From contig CAZWEM010000016.1 in NCBI GenBank assembly GCA_964632315.1, positions 13,924 to 77,923 on the forward strand: a DNA stretch of 64,000 bases. The letters are read 5' to 3'. Shown one piece after another: positions 1 through 9,121 of the stretch. Position 1 is the stretch's first letter. Every line of letters starts with the position of its first letter. The translations under genes were made by a program, and so were the position numbers. The notes under the pieces were generated by a model. The model ran no database searches. It was given only the letters and a program-made list of their open reading frames with translations, and was not told where the DNA came from. This DNA comes from an uncultured archaeon (GTDB taxonomy: Archaea; Asgardarchaeota; Lokiarchaeia; Sigyniarchaeales; SOKP01).

Positions 1-773
1 TCCACTGTAAGATCGTAATCTTCATCTTCGTCAAAATCATGAATAGTTACTTTTTCAACTTCGTCTAATTCTCCCTTAATCTCTTTTAGCTCTGATTGAT
101 ATAAGATTTTTACTTCTGAATGCTTTAGATCTTTTCTTAATTCAACTGTTCCAGGTACTGTTTTTGCTGAGGTGATGACTATAACTCTTCCTGTATACTT
201 TAGCAGTTTTAAAGCTAGTGCGAGTGACTCATCCCCAGAGTCAGAAATGATTACTCTCTTATCATGTAGTTCCTCCAAATTTTGTGGGATCTCTGTGTAT
301 ACTCCTTTACCTAGAAATTTATCGACTCCTAAAATTACTTGTACCTCAAGTTGACATGAAGTAGCAACTTCTACGTCAGGAGTTGTGCCTGTTCGATAAT
401 TATCAATTGCAGCCTTTAAAGCATCTGCAGCTAAGTTGCTACAATGCATTTTAATGGGTGGTAAACCATCTAATTCATCTGCAACATCTTGTCGGCTAAC
501 ATTGTATGCTTCATCAAGAGGCATTCCCTTAACCATTTCCGTTATCATTGATGAAGTGCTTATAGCACTACCACAACCAAATGTTTTAAACTTAATATCA
601 TCGATAATTTCCTCTCCTTTATCATTCTTTCCCACTTTAATATATATCCACATGAGATCCCCACAGACAGGATTACCTACCTTTCCAACACCATCAGCAT
701 CCTCTATTTCTCCTACATTACGTGGGTGCTGAAAATGATCTAGTACTTTATCAGAATATTGAGTTGATTTCAT
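1..773 (-). CDS. iscU: IscU/NifU-type Fe-S scaffold fused to a C-terminal degenerate thioredoxin-reductase-like NAD(P)-binding domain (runs off window edge)
   Basis: Not in the ORF track. Hand translation from ATG at 773: MKSTQYSDKVLDHFQHPRNVG...GNPVCGD...FKTFGCGSA...LPPIKMHCSNL, with all three IscU Cys. The frame stays open to position 1 (GVDKFLGKGVY...DKRVII...EIKGELDEVEKV). Confidence 0.93.
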   Translation of the reverse strand, partial: MKSTQYSDKVLDHFQHPRNVGEIEDADGVGKVGNPVCGDLMWIYIKVGKNDKGEEIIDDIKFKTFGCGSAISTSSMITEMVKGMPLDEAYNVSRQDVADELDGLPPIKMHCSNLAADALKAAIDNYRTGTTPDVEVATSCQLEVQVILGVDKFLGKGVYTEIPQNLEELHDKRVIISDSGDESLALALKLLKYTGRVIVITSAKTVPGTVELRKDLKHSEVKILYQSELKEIKGELDEVEKVTIHDFDEDEDYDLTV

Positions 774-787
774 ATTTTTTTTCTCAC

Positions 788-1969
788 CTAATTTAGTTGT
801 TTTAACATTTCTGGAGGTGTTAAGGGTGACAATTTTCTAAGCCTTCTGACCGAATTTGGTAAGACTTCGATTAATTTATCTATATCAGATTCTTTTGTAG
901 TACGTCCTAAGGACACCAATAGAGATCCATGAGCCTCCTCATGTAATAATCCCATCGAGATCAGTGTATGTGAAGGTTCCAGTGTTTTTGAGCTGCACGC
1001 TGAACCAGTAGCAGCAGCTATTTTCTTTTCTTTTAATGTGAGGATTAAAGATTCACCTTCAATATAATCAAATCGAAAATGAGCATTGTGAGGTAACCGT
1101 TTTGTAGGATGTCCATTTAAATATGACTTTGGGATCTTTTCTAATACGTTTTTAATAAGTTTATCACGTAATCCTTCCAAATACTTTGATTCACTTGGCA
1201 TTTCTTCTTTCATTATTTCAGCAGCTTTAGCAAAGCCAACTATTCCTGGTATGTTTTCTGAACCAGATCTAAAACCTCTTTCTTGTCCACCACCAATAAT
1301 TATTGGATTAACTCGTACCCCCTTTCTAAGATACAACGCTCCAACTCCACGAGGTCCATAAATATCATTTGATGATAGGGTTATTAAATCAATTGGTATT
1401 TTTTGAACATCTATTGGTATTACTGATTCACTTGAGACAGCGTCCGTGTGAAACAAAACATCATGTTCTTGTGCTAGCTTGCTAATCTCTTTTGTTGGTT
1501 GTAGAGATCCCACCTCATTACTTGCGGTTGCTATAGATATTAGTATAGTGTCATCTCTGATATACTTTTCTAACTTATCTAAATCAACTATTCCAAATGT
1601 ATCTACAGGAACTCTACTCACTTTAAATCCGAGTTTTTCAAGATGTTTTCCAATGTTTCGAATGGATATATGCTCGATCTCTGATATTATTACATGATTC
1701 CCTTTTCTTTTTCGATTCATTGCAGCTCCTATCAGAGCCAGATTGTTCGATTCAGTAGCTGACGCTGTGAAAATGATATCGGATCGGTTTGGAGCATTGA
1801 TAAAATCAGCAACTTTTTTTCTGGATACTTCTAAAATATCGGTCGCAATATCTCCATCACAATGCAAAGAAGCAGGATTTGCAAATTTTTCATTAAAATA
1901 TACCATCATTTCATTAACTACTCTTGGATCAACAGGCTTGGCCGCTTGATTATCTAAATACACAGACAT
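788..1969 (-). CDS. iscS: IscS/NifS-family cysteine desulfurase-like protein with the PLP Lys replaced by Asp
   Basis: YLDN, FTASATESNN, IEH, HTDA, GGGQERGFRSGSEN and catalytic GSACSS are present. SSNDIYGPRG stands in place of SxHKxxGPKG. Confidence 0.93.
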   Translation of the reverse strand: MSVYLDNQAAKPVDPRVVNEMMVYFNEKFANPASLHCDGDIATDILEVSRKKVADFINAPNRSDIIFTASATESNNLALIGAAMNRKRKGNHVIISEIEHISIRNIGKHLEKLGFKVSRVPVDTFGIVDLDKLEKYIRDDTILISIATASNEVGSLQPTKEISKLAQEHDVLFHTDAVSSESVIPIDVQKIPIDLITLSSNDIYGPRGVGALYLRKGVRVNPIIIGGGQERGFRSGSENIPGIVGFAKAAEIMKEEMPSESKYLEGLRDKLIKNVLEKIPKSYLNGHPTKRLPHNAHFRFDYIEGESLILTLKEKKIAAATGSACSSKTLEPSHTLISMGLLHEEAHGSLLVSLGRTTKESDIDKLIEVLPNSVRRLRKLSPLTPPEMLKQLN

Positions 1970-1983
1970 ATCTTACACTCCCA

Positions 1984-2238
1984 TTATTTCCTCCTTTTAA
2001 AATAAAAAACTAAATCGTCGCCATCTTTGTAAAATTCAACTAAATCTGTATCATTTTTATTAGCCCACCTTTTTAGATCATCTTCAGCAGCGGGATCATC
2101 GGCTATAACCTTAAAACATTGACCAACTTCAATTTTTTCAGAAAAGTTCCGTACTTCAAAGAGAGGTTCTGGACAATATAATCCACGCGTATCTAGTTCA
2201 TCTTCATATTCTATTTCATCTTTACTTTTTTCACTCAT
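1984..2238 (-). CDS. tusA: TusA/SirA-family sulfur carrier
   Basis: LDTRGLYCPEP (CPxP) and ADDP motifs, 84 aa, directly upstream of iscS. Confidence 0.9.
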   Translation of the reverse strand: MSEKSKDEIEYEDELDTRGLYCPEPLFEVRNFSEKIEVGQCFKVIADDPAAEDDLKRWANKNDTDLVEFYKDGDDLVFYFKRRK

Positions 2239-2454
2239 ATAACATTCCTCCTAAGAAATTCAAAAATTATTATTAGATTCTATGTTTGATTTATATACTC
2301 GAAAAGAGAAAATAAATATTGTCATTATAAATTAACGATTAATTTCATGACAAGAGTGAGGCAGATAAAACCTCTTATAAATGAATGTTATAAAATATAA
2401 AAAAGAAAAGAAATTCAAATCTTTAAATAGATTAAAATTAAAAAAATTGCAGAC

Positions 2455-3102
2455 TTACATTTCTGCTAATTTTTTGATGTGTTTAACCCCATCAACAGCA
2501 TCTTCAGCAAAATCATCTGCTCCTAACTTTTTAGCTAACTCCATGTTTAAAGGTGCCCCACCAACAATTAATTTCACTTTATCACGAACTCCCGCATTTT
2601 TTAATGCTTCATCAACAGCTTTTATTTGTTCAACAGTCATTGTTAATAGAGAACTGAGAGCTATGATCTTCGCCCCTGTTTCCTTTACTTTTTCTACAAT
2701 CACATCTTCAGAAACATCCATTCCTAAATCATGCAATTCAAATCCACTACTTAAAAGTAAAGATCCTAAGATGTTCTTTCCAATATCATGGTTATCTCCC
2801 TTAACAGTTGCTAATATTATTTTTATTTTCTCAACAGATTGATCCGCAGCAGCTAATGCCGGTTGTAGAACTTTAAAAGCTTCTTTCATGGTTTCTCCAG
2901 CTAAAACGAGTTCAGTAAGATAATACTCTTTCTCTTCATAACGTTTTCCAACTTCATCCATCCCTTTGGTTAGGGCATTCAAAACTTCAAAAGGATCCTT
3001 ATTATCCTCCTCTAATGCTTCCTTAACTGCACCAGCTATATCATCGACTTCTAACTCAATAATAAGTTCCGTAAGTTTCTCAAAATCCATAACTAATCCC
3101 AT
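2455..3102 (-). CDS. Corrinoid (B12-binding) methyl-carrier protein, MtbC/MttC-like
   Basis: Helical cap domain plus DNHDIGKN (DxHxxG), LSSLLT and VGGAP motifs. Confidence 0.92.
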   Translation of the reverse strand: MGLVMDFEKLTELIIELEVDDIAGAVKEALEEDNKDPFEVLNALTKGMDEVGKRYEEKEYYLTELVLAGETMKEAFKVLQPALAAADQSVEKIKIILATVKGDNHDIGKNILGSLLLSSGFELHDLGMDVSEDVIVEKVKETGAKIIALSSLLTMTVEQIKAVDEALKNAGVRDKVKLIVGGAPLNMELAKKLGADDFAEDAVDGVKHIKKLAEM

Positions 3103-3213
3103 TCTTATAGTTTATTAATATTATACCTTAAATTTTATAAATTTTCTTAATGTAAATATTTTCAGAAATTTTCGTTTATTAAGTAAAATTCATGTAAAAA
3201 TGCCTATAAGGTT

Positions 3214-3350
3214 AAAAAAAGAGAACGAGGGAAGCCAGAAAATCAAAAACCTTAAGATAAGGTTTATTTAAGGATAAAATTTAGTTACCATTTAATTAGG
3301 AAATTAGGGGATATTTATAGTTTAATTTTCTTCTTTAATGACTTCCCTCC
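3214..3350 (-). ncRNA. Candidate small RNA or leader with an 11-bp terminal stem and poly-U end
   Basis: Minus-strand GAGGGAAGUCA (3349-3339) pairs with UGGCUUCCCUC (3237-3227). TTTATATA box at 3382-3375; U7 tract at 3220-3214. Confidence 0.4.
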
Positions 3351-3489
3351 TAATTAATAATTATTACAGTCGGATATATAAATGTTTTTTATGATTTCTG
3401 AATATTCTCATAAATGATTATTTAGGCAAATAAGGTTTTAAATTAATGAAGATTAAATAAATAAAAAAGGTAAAGTTGGAGAACAACTC

Positions 3490-4242
3490 ATGGATAGCGA
3501 GTTTTTTGAAGGAGATCAAGAGATTGGAGATATTAAATATATTAATAAAATTAAAGAACTGAATTTGATCATCTTAGTTGAAGATTTAACGAAAGTATAT
3601 GAGATTGGAGATTTTGTAGTAAAAGCGGTTGATGGAGTATCTTTACAAATTGAAACTGGGCAAACAATGGTAATTAGAGGATTTTCAGGGGCAGGGAAAA
3701 CAACATTATTAAATTTGATCGGGGGTTTAGACTCTCCAGGCCAAGGTGTCATATACTCTAATGGAGTAAGAATAACAAATATGAATGAAGAATCCTTGGC
3801 CCTATTTCGTTTAATGAATTCTGGATTTATTTTTCAGAATTATAATCTGATAAGTACTCTCACGTGTGAGGAAAACATTATGTTTCCAATGAATTTAGCA
3901 GGGATGTCCTTAAAAGATCAAAGAGATCGAGCAATTAAGCTAATAGAAGATGTGGGACTTTTAGAAAGAAGAGAGCATCTACCGTTTCAATTATCTGCGG
4001 GTGAACAACAAAGAGTAGCTATTGCTAGAGCTTTAGCCAATGATCCACCAATTATTTTAGCCGATGAACCTAGTGCAAATTTAGATAAAAAGACTTGTGG
4101 ATTCATCCTTGATCTCTTTAAAAAACTCAAAAATGATGGAAAAACACTTATTATCGCCACTCATGATGATAACATTATTGAATTAGCAGATCAATTAATT
4201 TCTTTTGAAGAAGGAAAAATTATTGAAACAATAAATAAATGA
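3490..4242 (+). CDS. ABC transporter ATP-binding protein, LolD/MacB type
   Basis: Walker A GFSGAGKT, LSAGEQQRVAIARAL signature, ILADEP, H-loop. Confidence 0.93.
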   Translation: MDSEFFEGDQEIGDIKYINKIKELNLIILVEDLTKVYEIGDFVVKAVDGVSLQIETGQTMVIRGFSGAGKTTLLNLIGGLDSPGQGVIYSNGVRITNMNEESLALFRLMNSGFIFQNYNLISTLTCEENIMFPMNLAGMSLKDQRDRAIKLIEDVGLLERREHLPFQLSAGEQQRVAIARALANDPPIILADEPSANLDKKTCGFILDLFKKLKNDGKTLIIATHDDNIIELADQLISFEEGKIIETINK

Positions 4243-4273
4243 TATTTAAATTATAAACTCAGAGGAGATATAA

Positions 4274-6178
4274 ATTTCATTAGATTTTGCCCTTAAGGAT
4301 TTTTACCGTAAAAGGGAAATATCGTTACCGTATACCTTAATCATTGCTTTAGTTATCGGATTAGCAGAGTTTATGATTTATTTCTCAACCTCTTTTGGGT
4401 TAAATACCCTTATCACTTACAATTTTGAAAATCCATTATATTTTTCAGGAGGTTTGAGCCAAATTTATTCTAATTTTACACTAATGATTATTAGTTTGAT
4501 TCTTTTATTAGCTTTTGTAATGGTAATTGTAGTTACGAGTAGTCTAATTGTGACTAAAAAAAGAGATATCGCAATAATGAAATCACTTGGAGCCATCCCA
4601 AGAAAATTATATAGCTTCTATTTGACAGAAACTTTTATTTCTTTTCTTTTAGGCTTTGTATTAGGATTGGTTTTTGGGTTTATTACATATTTAATTTTTA
4701 ATTTAGTCATGATGAATATTGGTTTTTTTCCTTACTTTTATTTTGATTTCTTCTTTACACCAATTCTTTTTGTTAGTTGTATCTTAGGAATTTTTTTCAT
4801 ATCAGGTGCTGTATTACGTAAGCTTGGGAATAAACAAGTTATTGATAGTTTTTCAAAAGATATACCATATGATTATGATGCTTCAAAAATCAATTTAATA
4901 CCTCGATGGTTAACTCGCTTTGGATTTAACTTTAAAATTTCAATCATTAACATAACTAGAAGAACCAGTGAATTTAAAAGGTATTTCACGGTTTTTTCTT
5001 TCCTCTCCATTCTTATATTTACTTTGGCATTAGGTACCCTTGTGTTGAATAATTCTGCTCAAACCTGGATTCAAAAATCGCAAGGAGATGATGTTATTGT
5101 CATCGGACACCGAGAATTATTAAGTAATTATTCAAATATGTACGAACTATTTTCAAATCCTACCATTCACATTGATGATGGATTTAATCTCTTGAAAAAA
5201 GATTATATGATCAATTTCAGTTTGATTGAAGGATTAAAGAATTTTTCTCAAATCCAACAATTTGATGAGAGATTATTATTATATTCTGATTTAAAAGAAT
5301 TAGACGGATATTATTATTATGAAGGTGGCGGATATCAGATTGTTGGTCAGCAACGAACGGGAAGGTATCCAGTTATGGGAATAAATACAAGTAGTCTAAT
5401 TCAAAACTTTGAAATCGAGGGAGACTACTTTACTTCTTCAAATTCCTATGATTTAATGCTCATAGGAGATGGATTAGCGTATAATTTTTTTGATTATCCT
5501 TTTGATCAAAGTGCTCGGATCGAACAAATTGATCATACATTTCACGTTTCTGGAGTAGTAATTGATACATTTTTTAGTGGATATGCTGCATATATAGATC
5601 TCAATGTTATGAGGGAAGCCTTAAATTATACTAATAGAGAAAGTAACCTTGTCTTATTAAAACTTAATCCTAACACGTTTAACACAATTAAAGATGATTT
5701 AAATGATTATGTTAATACAACATTAGGAGGAGATTTTCAAGTTAGGTCGATGGCGACAACTTTTCACAAGAATATAAATTTCGTCAATGATCTCAGCCTT
5801 ATTCCTGGGTTTTTGATCCTGATATTAGGTATTATCTCTGTTCTGAGTTTATACAACTACCAAAAAAGTGGAATTATAGATAAGGCAAAGGATTTTTTAA
5901 TAATAAGGGCTTTAGGTTCAAAATACCGAAACTTAAAACGTATAATTTTTTTAGAATCCCTTTATGTCATTATACCCGCTTTATTCTTGAGTTTGGGAGT
6001 AGGAATGATCCTGAATGGCATAGTCCTTTTTGACAGAGTGAGTCTACCCAATATTTCAGTCCCCTTTTTATTAATTGGGATAATGATGGTCTTATTTCTA
6101 TTAATTAACTATTTGAGTGTGTTTCCCTTGATGAAAAAAATTGAAAAATTTTCTATTAAGGACTTTGAAATTTATTAA
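4274..6178 (+). CDS. FtsX/MacB-like ABC permease (probable ATT start at 4274; track start 4373)
   Basis: Two FtsX-type repeats (KKRDIAIMKSLGA; DFLIIRALGS) and many TM segments. The frame is open back to ATT 4274, with GAGGAG at 4262-4267. Confidence 0.85.
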   Translation: MSLDFALKDFYRKREISLPYTLIIALVIGLAEFMIYFSTSFGLNTLITYNFENPLYFSGGLSQIYSNFTLMIISLILLLAFVMVIVVTSSLIVTKKRDIAIMKSLGAIPRKLYSFYLTETFISFLLGFVLGLVFGFITYLIFNLVMMNIGFFPYFYFDFFFTPILFVSCILGIFFISGAVLRKLGNKQVIDSFSKDIPYDYDASKINLIPRWLTRFGFNFKISIINITRRTSEFKRYFTVFSFLSILIFTLALGTLVLNNSAQTWIQKSQGDDVIVIGHRELLSNYSNMYELFSNPTIHIDDGFNLLKKDYMINFSLIEGLKNFSQIQQFDERLLLYSDLKELDGYYYYEGGGYQIVGQQRTGRYPVMGINTSSLIQNFEIEGDYFTSSNSYDLMLIGDGLAYNFFDYPFDQSARIEQIDHTFHVSGVVIDTFFSGYAAYIDLNVMREALNYTNRESNLVLLKLNPNTFNTIKDDLNDYVNTTLGGDFQVRSMATTFHKNINFVNDLSLIPGFLILILGIISVLSLYNYQKSGIIDKAKDFLIIRALGSKYRNLKRIIFLESLYVIIPALFLSLGVGMILNGIVLFDRVSLPNISVPFLLIGIMMVLFLLINYLSVFPLMKKIEKFSIKDFEIY

Positions 6179-6267
6179 GAAAAACGTGATCAAAAAAGTT
6201 AAAAATGTAATTTTTGATGAAATATATATAATTAGGTTATTTTGATTCATAAATAGAGATAGCGAAT

Positions 6268-7599
6268 ATGGCGGAGAGGGATTTAAGAAACTTTAACGAC
6301 TCAAATAAAAATCCAAATCAAATTCAAAAAGAGATGACAAAAAAGGATAAGGAGATCGATGATTTGAAGGAGGATTTAAACCAATTACAATTAGAACTTA
6401 ATAAGAGAAACAATGATATGGTTATATACTCTCAGAAAGTAGCAACTTTAGAAGATGAGATTATTACCTTACGAGAATTATTGTCAGATGATTCATCAAA
6501 GAAAAAAGGGAAGAAGGTAAAAGAGACTAAACTTATTCTCGATTTAGAAGCAAAAGATAGTGAAATTAGACAATTAAAGGATAAGATGGGTTTCCTTAGA
6601 AAAGAAAAAATCGCGGTTCAAAAACAACTTGAAAAGTTTAAAGAAAAAAACAAGAGTAATTCAACAGTTCTCAGAGTAGAGGATTTGAGAAAAGAACAGC
6701 CATTAAATATGTTAGTGAAGGATCTTCAAGAAAAAATTAAAAAACAGGATACTTTAATCAATAGATTGAGTCGAGATGGTAATATTAAAGATTTTGAGGA
6801 AACAATAACTCATAAAGATAATATCATCGAATCTCTCAATCAAAAAGTGGGTGAATTAACCGAGAAGCTAAAGAACATTGAGAAACAAATAGAAAAGGAG
6901 TCCAGTGGGCGGATTCAAAAAAAGATTCTCCAAGATTTGCAGGATAAACTAAATAAGTTCAAAAGAATAAATGAGGAATTAAATGCTAAATTAGAGAAAT
7001 ATCAAAAAAAGGAAGATAAAGAAACTGAAAGGGAGAAAGACAAAAAAATAAGAGAGTTAGAAAGCAAAATAAAAGATTTGAGTCTTCGATCACTTGGTAC
7101 CAATTCTCACCAAAAAAGCACATTAGATCAAGTTATTGAAGAATTACAAAATAAATTAAATAAATCAAAAGTAGAAGTCCAAATATTAAAAGAGCAAATC
7201 ACAAATAACAACCCCGAAAAAAGTGCACCAAATATTAATAATCAGCTAAAAATTCAACGAGAAATGGCCATCTTCCTACAGAATCAATTAGATGATGCAA
7301 AAAGAGCTTTAAAAACTAAAGTTGAGGAGATAGGTACTATCAAGAATGAAGCTATACGAATTAAACGAAAATATGAAGAACTTGAAAACCAAGTGAAGGC
7401 TAAAGAACAAATCTATAATAACTTGCGGAATGATTTTGAGTCTCTTAAGGTTAATACTCAACTCCAAAGTAATTCAAATTCTACTCAAAGTCCACAGATT
7501 GAATTACGGATTCAAGAATTAAAAAGTCAGATCGACGATTTGACCAAGCAAAACATCCAACAGAGATTGGAAATAAATCAATTAAGAAAAAGCACGTGA
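6268..7599 (+). CDS. Long coiled-coil hypothetical protein
   Basis: 443 aa, K/E/Q/L-rich heptads throughout, no recognisable enzyme motif. Confidence 0.8.
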   Translation: MAERDLRNFNDSNKNPNQIQKEMTKKDKEIDDLKEDLNQLQLELNKRNNDMVIYSQKVATLEDEIITLRELLSDDSSKKKGKKVKETKLILDLEAKDSEIRQLKDKMGFLRKEKIAVQKQLEKFKEKNKSNSTVLRVEDLRKEQPLNMLVKDLQEKIKKQDTLINRLSRDGNIKDFEETITHKDNIIESLNQKVGELTEKLKNIEKQIEKESSGRIQKKILQDLQDKLNKFKRINEELNAKLEKYQKKEDKETEREKDKKIRELESKIKDLSLRSLGTNSHQKSTLDQVIEELQNKLNKSKVEVQILKEQITNNNPEKSAPNINNQLKIQREMAIFLQNQLDDAKRALKTKVEEIGTIKNEAIRIKRKYEELENQVKAKEQIYNNLRNDFESLKVNTQLQSNSNSTQSPQIELRIQELKSQIDDLTKQNIQQRLEINQLRKST

Positions 7600-7613
7600 G
7601 ATATTAATTTTTT

Positions 7614-8594
7614 ATGGATCTTATTATATTAGGTTCTTCAGCCGCAATTCCAATGAGTAATCGAAATCTACCTTCTATTGCATTGCGATATAAAAATGAA
7701 TTAATTCTATTTGATTGTGGAGAAGATTTGCAACGTAGGTTTATTGAAGCGAAATTAAAATTTAATAAGCCAATGAAAATCTTTATATCACACTTTCACG
7801 GAGATCACGTGATTGGTCTTCCTGGATTATTATTTCGCTTTGGGTTAATTGAGAGAGATGCCCCATTGACTATTTTTGGACCCCGCAATCTTTTTCTTTA
7901 TCTAATGCTTCACTCAAAAATTCTTGGACTCAAAACTAATTATCCTCTAAAAGTTATTGAAATTGATCATGAAAATCAAAGATTGATTAAATATGTAGGC
8001 TTAGATCCTGCAAAAACGCATCAAGAGATTCAAATTCATGACAATGTGATTATAGATGAAAAACATTATTATGTAAAATATACCGCTGTAGATCACTCTG
8101 TTCTTGCTTTTGGGTATAGTTTCAATGAAAAACCTAGAAAAGGGAAATTTAATCCTGAAAAAGCAAGAGAGTTGGGTGTTCCAGAAGGAAAGCTTTGGGG
8201 AAAAATGCATAAAGGTCAAGAAATCATTTTAAACGGAAAATTAGTAAATCCTGAAATCGAAGGAATCGTTGGCCCCAAAAGACCAGGGAGGAAACTAACA
8301 TATTCAGGAGATACTGCCCCATGTGACGATTTAGTCAAATTAGGCATGAATTCGGACGTTCTGATCCATGAAGCTACTTTTTCTAAAGAATTAGAATCCA
8401 TTGCAAGGGAAAAGAAGCATTCAACAAGTACGGATGCAGCAAAAATGGCAATAAAAATGAGTGCCAAAAAACTGGTTCTCACTCATCTATCCTCTCGATA
8501 CCAAGAAGATTCAGAACTTTTATTAGAAGAAGCTAAACAGATTTTTCCAGACACTATACTAGCTCACGATCTTATGGAACTATCGATTAAATGA
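7614..8594 (+). CDS. rnz: Ribonuclease Z
   Basis: FDCGE, HFHGDH metallo-beta-lactamase motif, GVPEG exosite, YSGDT, HEATF, HST, LTHLSSRY. Confidence 0.96.
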   Translation: MDLIILGSSAAIPMSNRNLPSIALRYKNELILFDCGEDLQRRFIEAKLKFNKPMKIFISHFHGDHVIGLPGLLFRFGLIERDAPLTIFGPRNLFLYLMLHSKILGLKTNYPLKVIEIDHENQRLIKYVGLDPAKTHQEIQIHDNVIIDEKHYYVKYTAVDHSVLAFGYSFNEKPRKGKFNPEKARELGVPEGKLWGKMHKGQEIILNGKLVNPEIEGIVGPKRPGRKLTYSGDTAPCDDLVKLGMNSDVLIHEATFSKELESIAREKKHSTSTDAAKMAIKMSAKKLVLTHLSSRYQEDSELLLEEAKQIFPDTILAHDLMELSIK

Positions 8595-8662
8595 ATTTTA
8601 GCTTTAAATCAAATTTCAAGTATTAAAATTAAGTGAAAAGGATATTAAAAAATTTTATTTAA

Positions 8663-8872
8663 CTAAATTCCTCCTGCGATGTGCGGTAAGATTACAACAG
8701 AATCACTCTCTCGTATTACCGTATCCTCGTCAGCCTTTTTCCCATTTACTAAGATACCAAAATATTTTCCTTCTAAATTGAGTTCTTTGAGCAAGTCATT
8801 CACGGTCATGCTCTTATCGGGAGTAAACGTTTCATAAATTCCAGTTTTTAATATTTCTTGAGTTTGTTTTAT
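8663..8872 (-). CDS. Ubiquitin-like ThiS/MoaD/SAMP protein ending ...IAGGI (probable ATA start)
   Basis: Not in the track. Hand translation: (M)KQTQEILKTGIYETFTPDKSMTVNDLLKELNLEGKYFGILVNGKKADEDTVIRESDSVVILPHIAGGI*. AAGGTGG SD-like sequence upstream. Confidence 0.85.
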   Translation of the reverse strand: MKQTQEILKTGIYETFTPDKSMTVNDLLKELNLEGKYFGILVNGKKADEDTVIRESDSVVILPHIAGGI

Positions 8873-9121
8873 TTTTATCCACCTTAAAATTATTTATTTA
8901 ACTACTATATTTAAAACAAAATTCCTATTTAAAATTAATTCCTAAGGAAAGAAAGTTGTCCTTCGATAAAGTTCCTAAATTATTTCTTAGTTATTCATGT
9001 AGGTTGACTTTTCATGTAGATTATAACGTATTTAATCTGTTTTAAATAAAAAAGAAGCATTTTTATTGTAACTATAATTTTACTGCATAAAGGTAAGAGC
9101 CAACATTAGGGTTGATCTCAC

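Noticed and set aside
172-732. Plus-strand ORFs 172-354 and 436-732
   Set aside because: Antisense shadows of the iscU fusion gene.
2381-2842. 153-aa plus-strand ORF and the many other short opposite-strand or nested ORFs in the track (e.g. 19059-19574, 45370-45984, 46776-47093, 58515-58769)
   Set aside because: They overlap well-supported genes and show Ser/Ile/Phe-rich shadow composition with no motifs.
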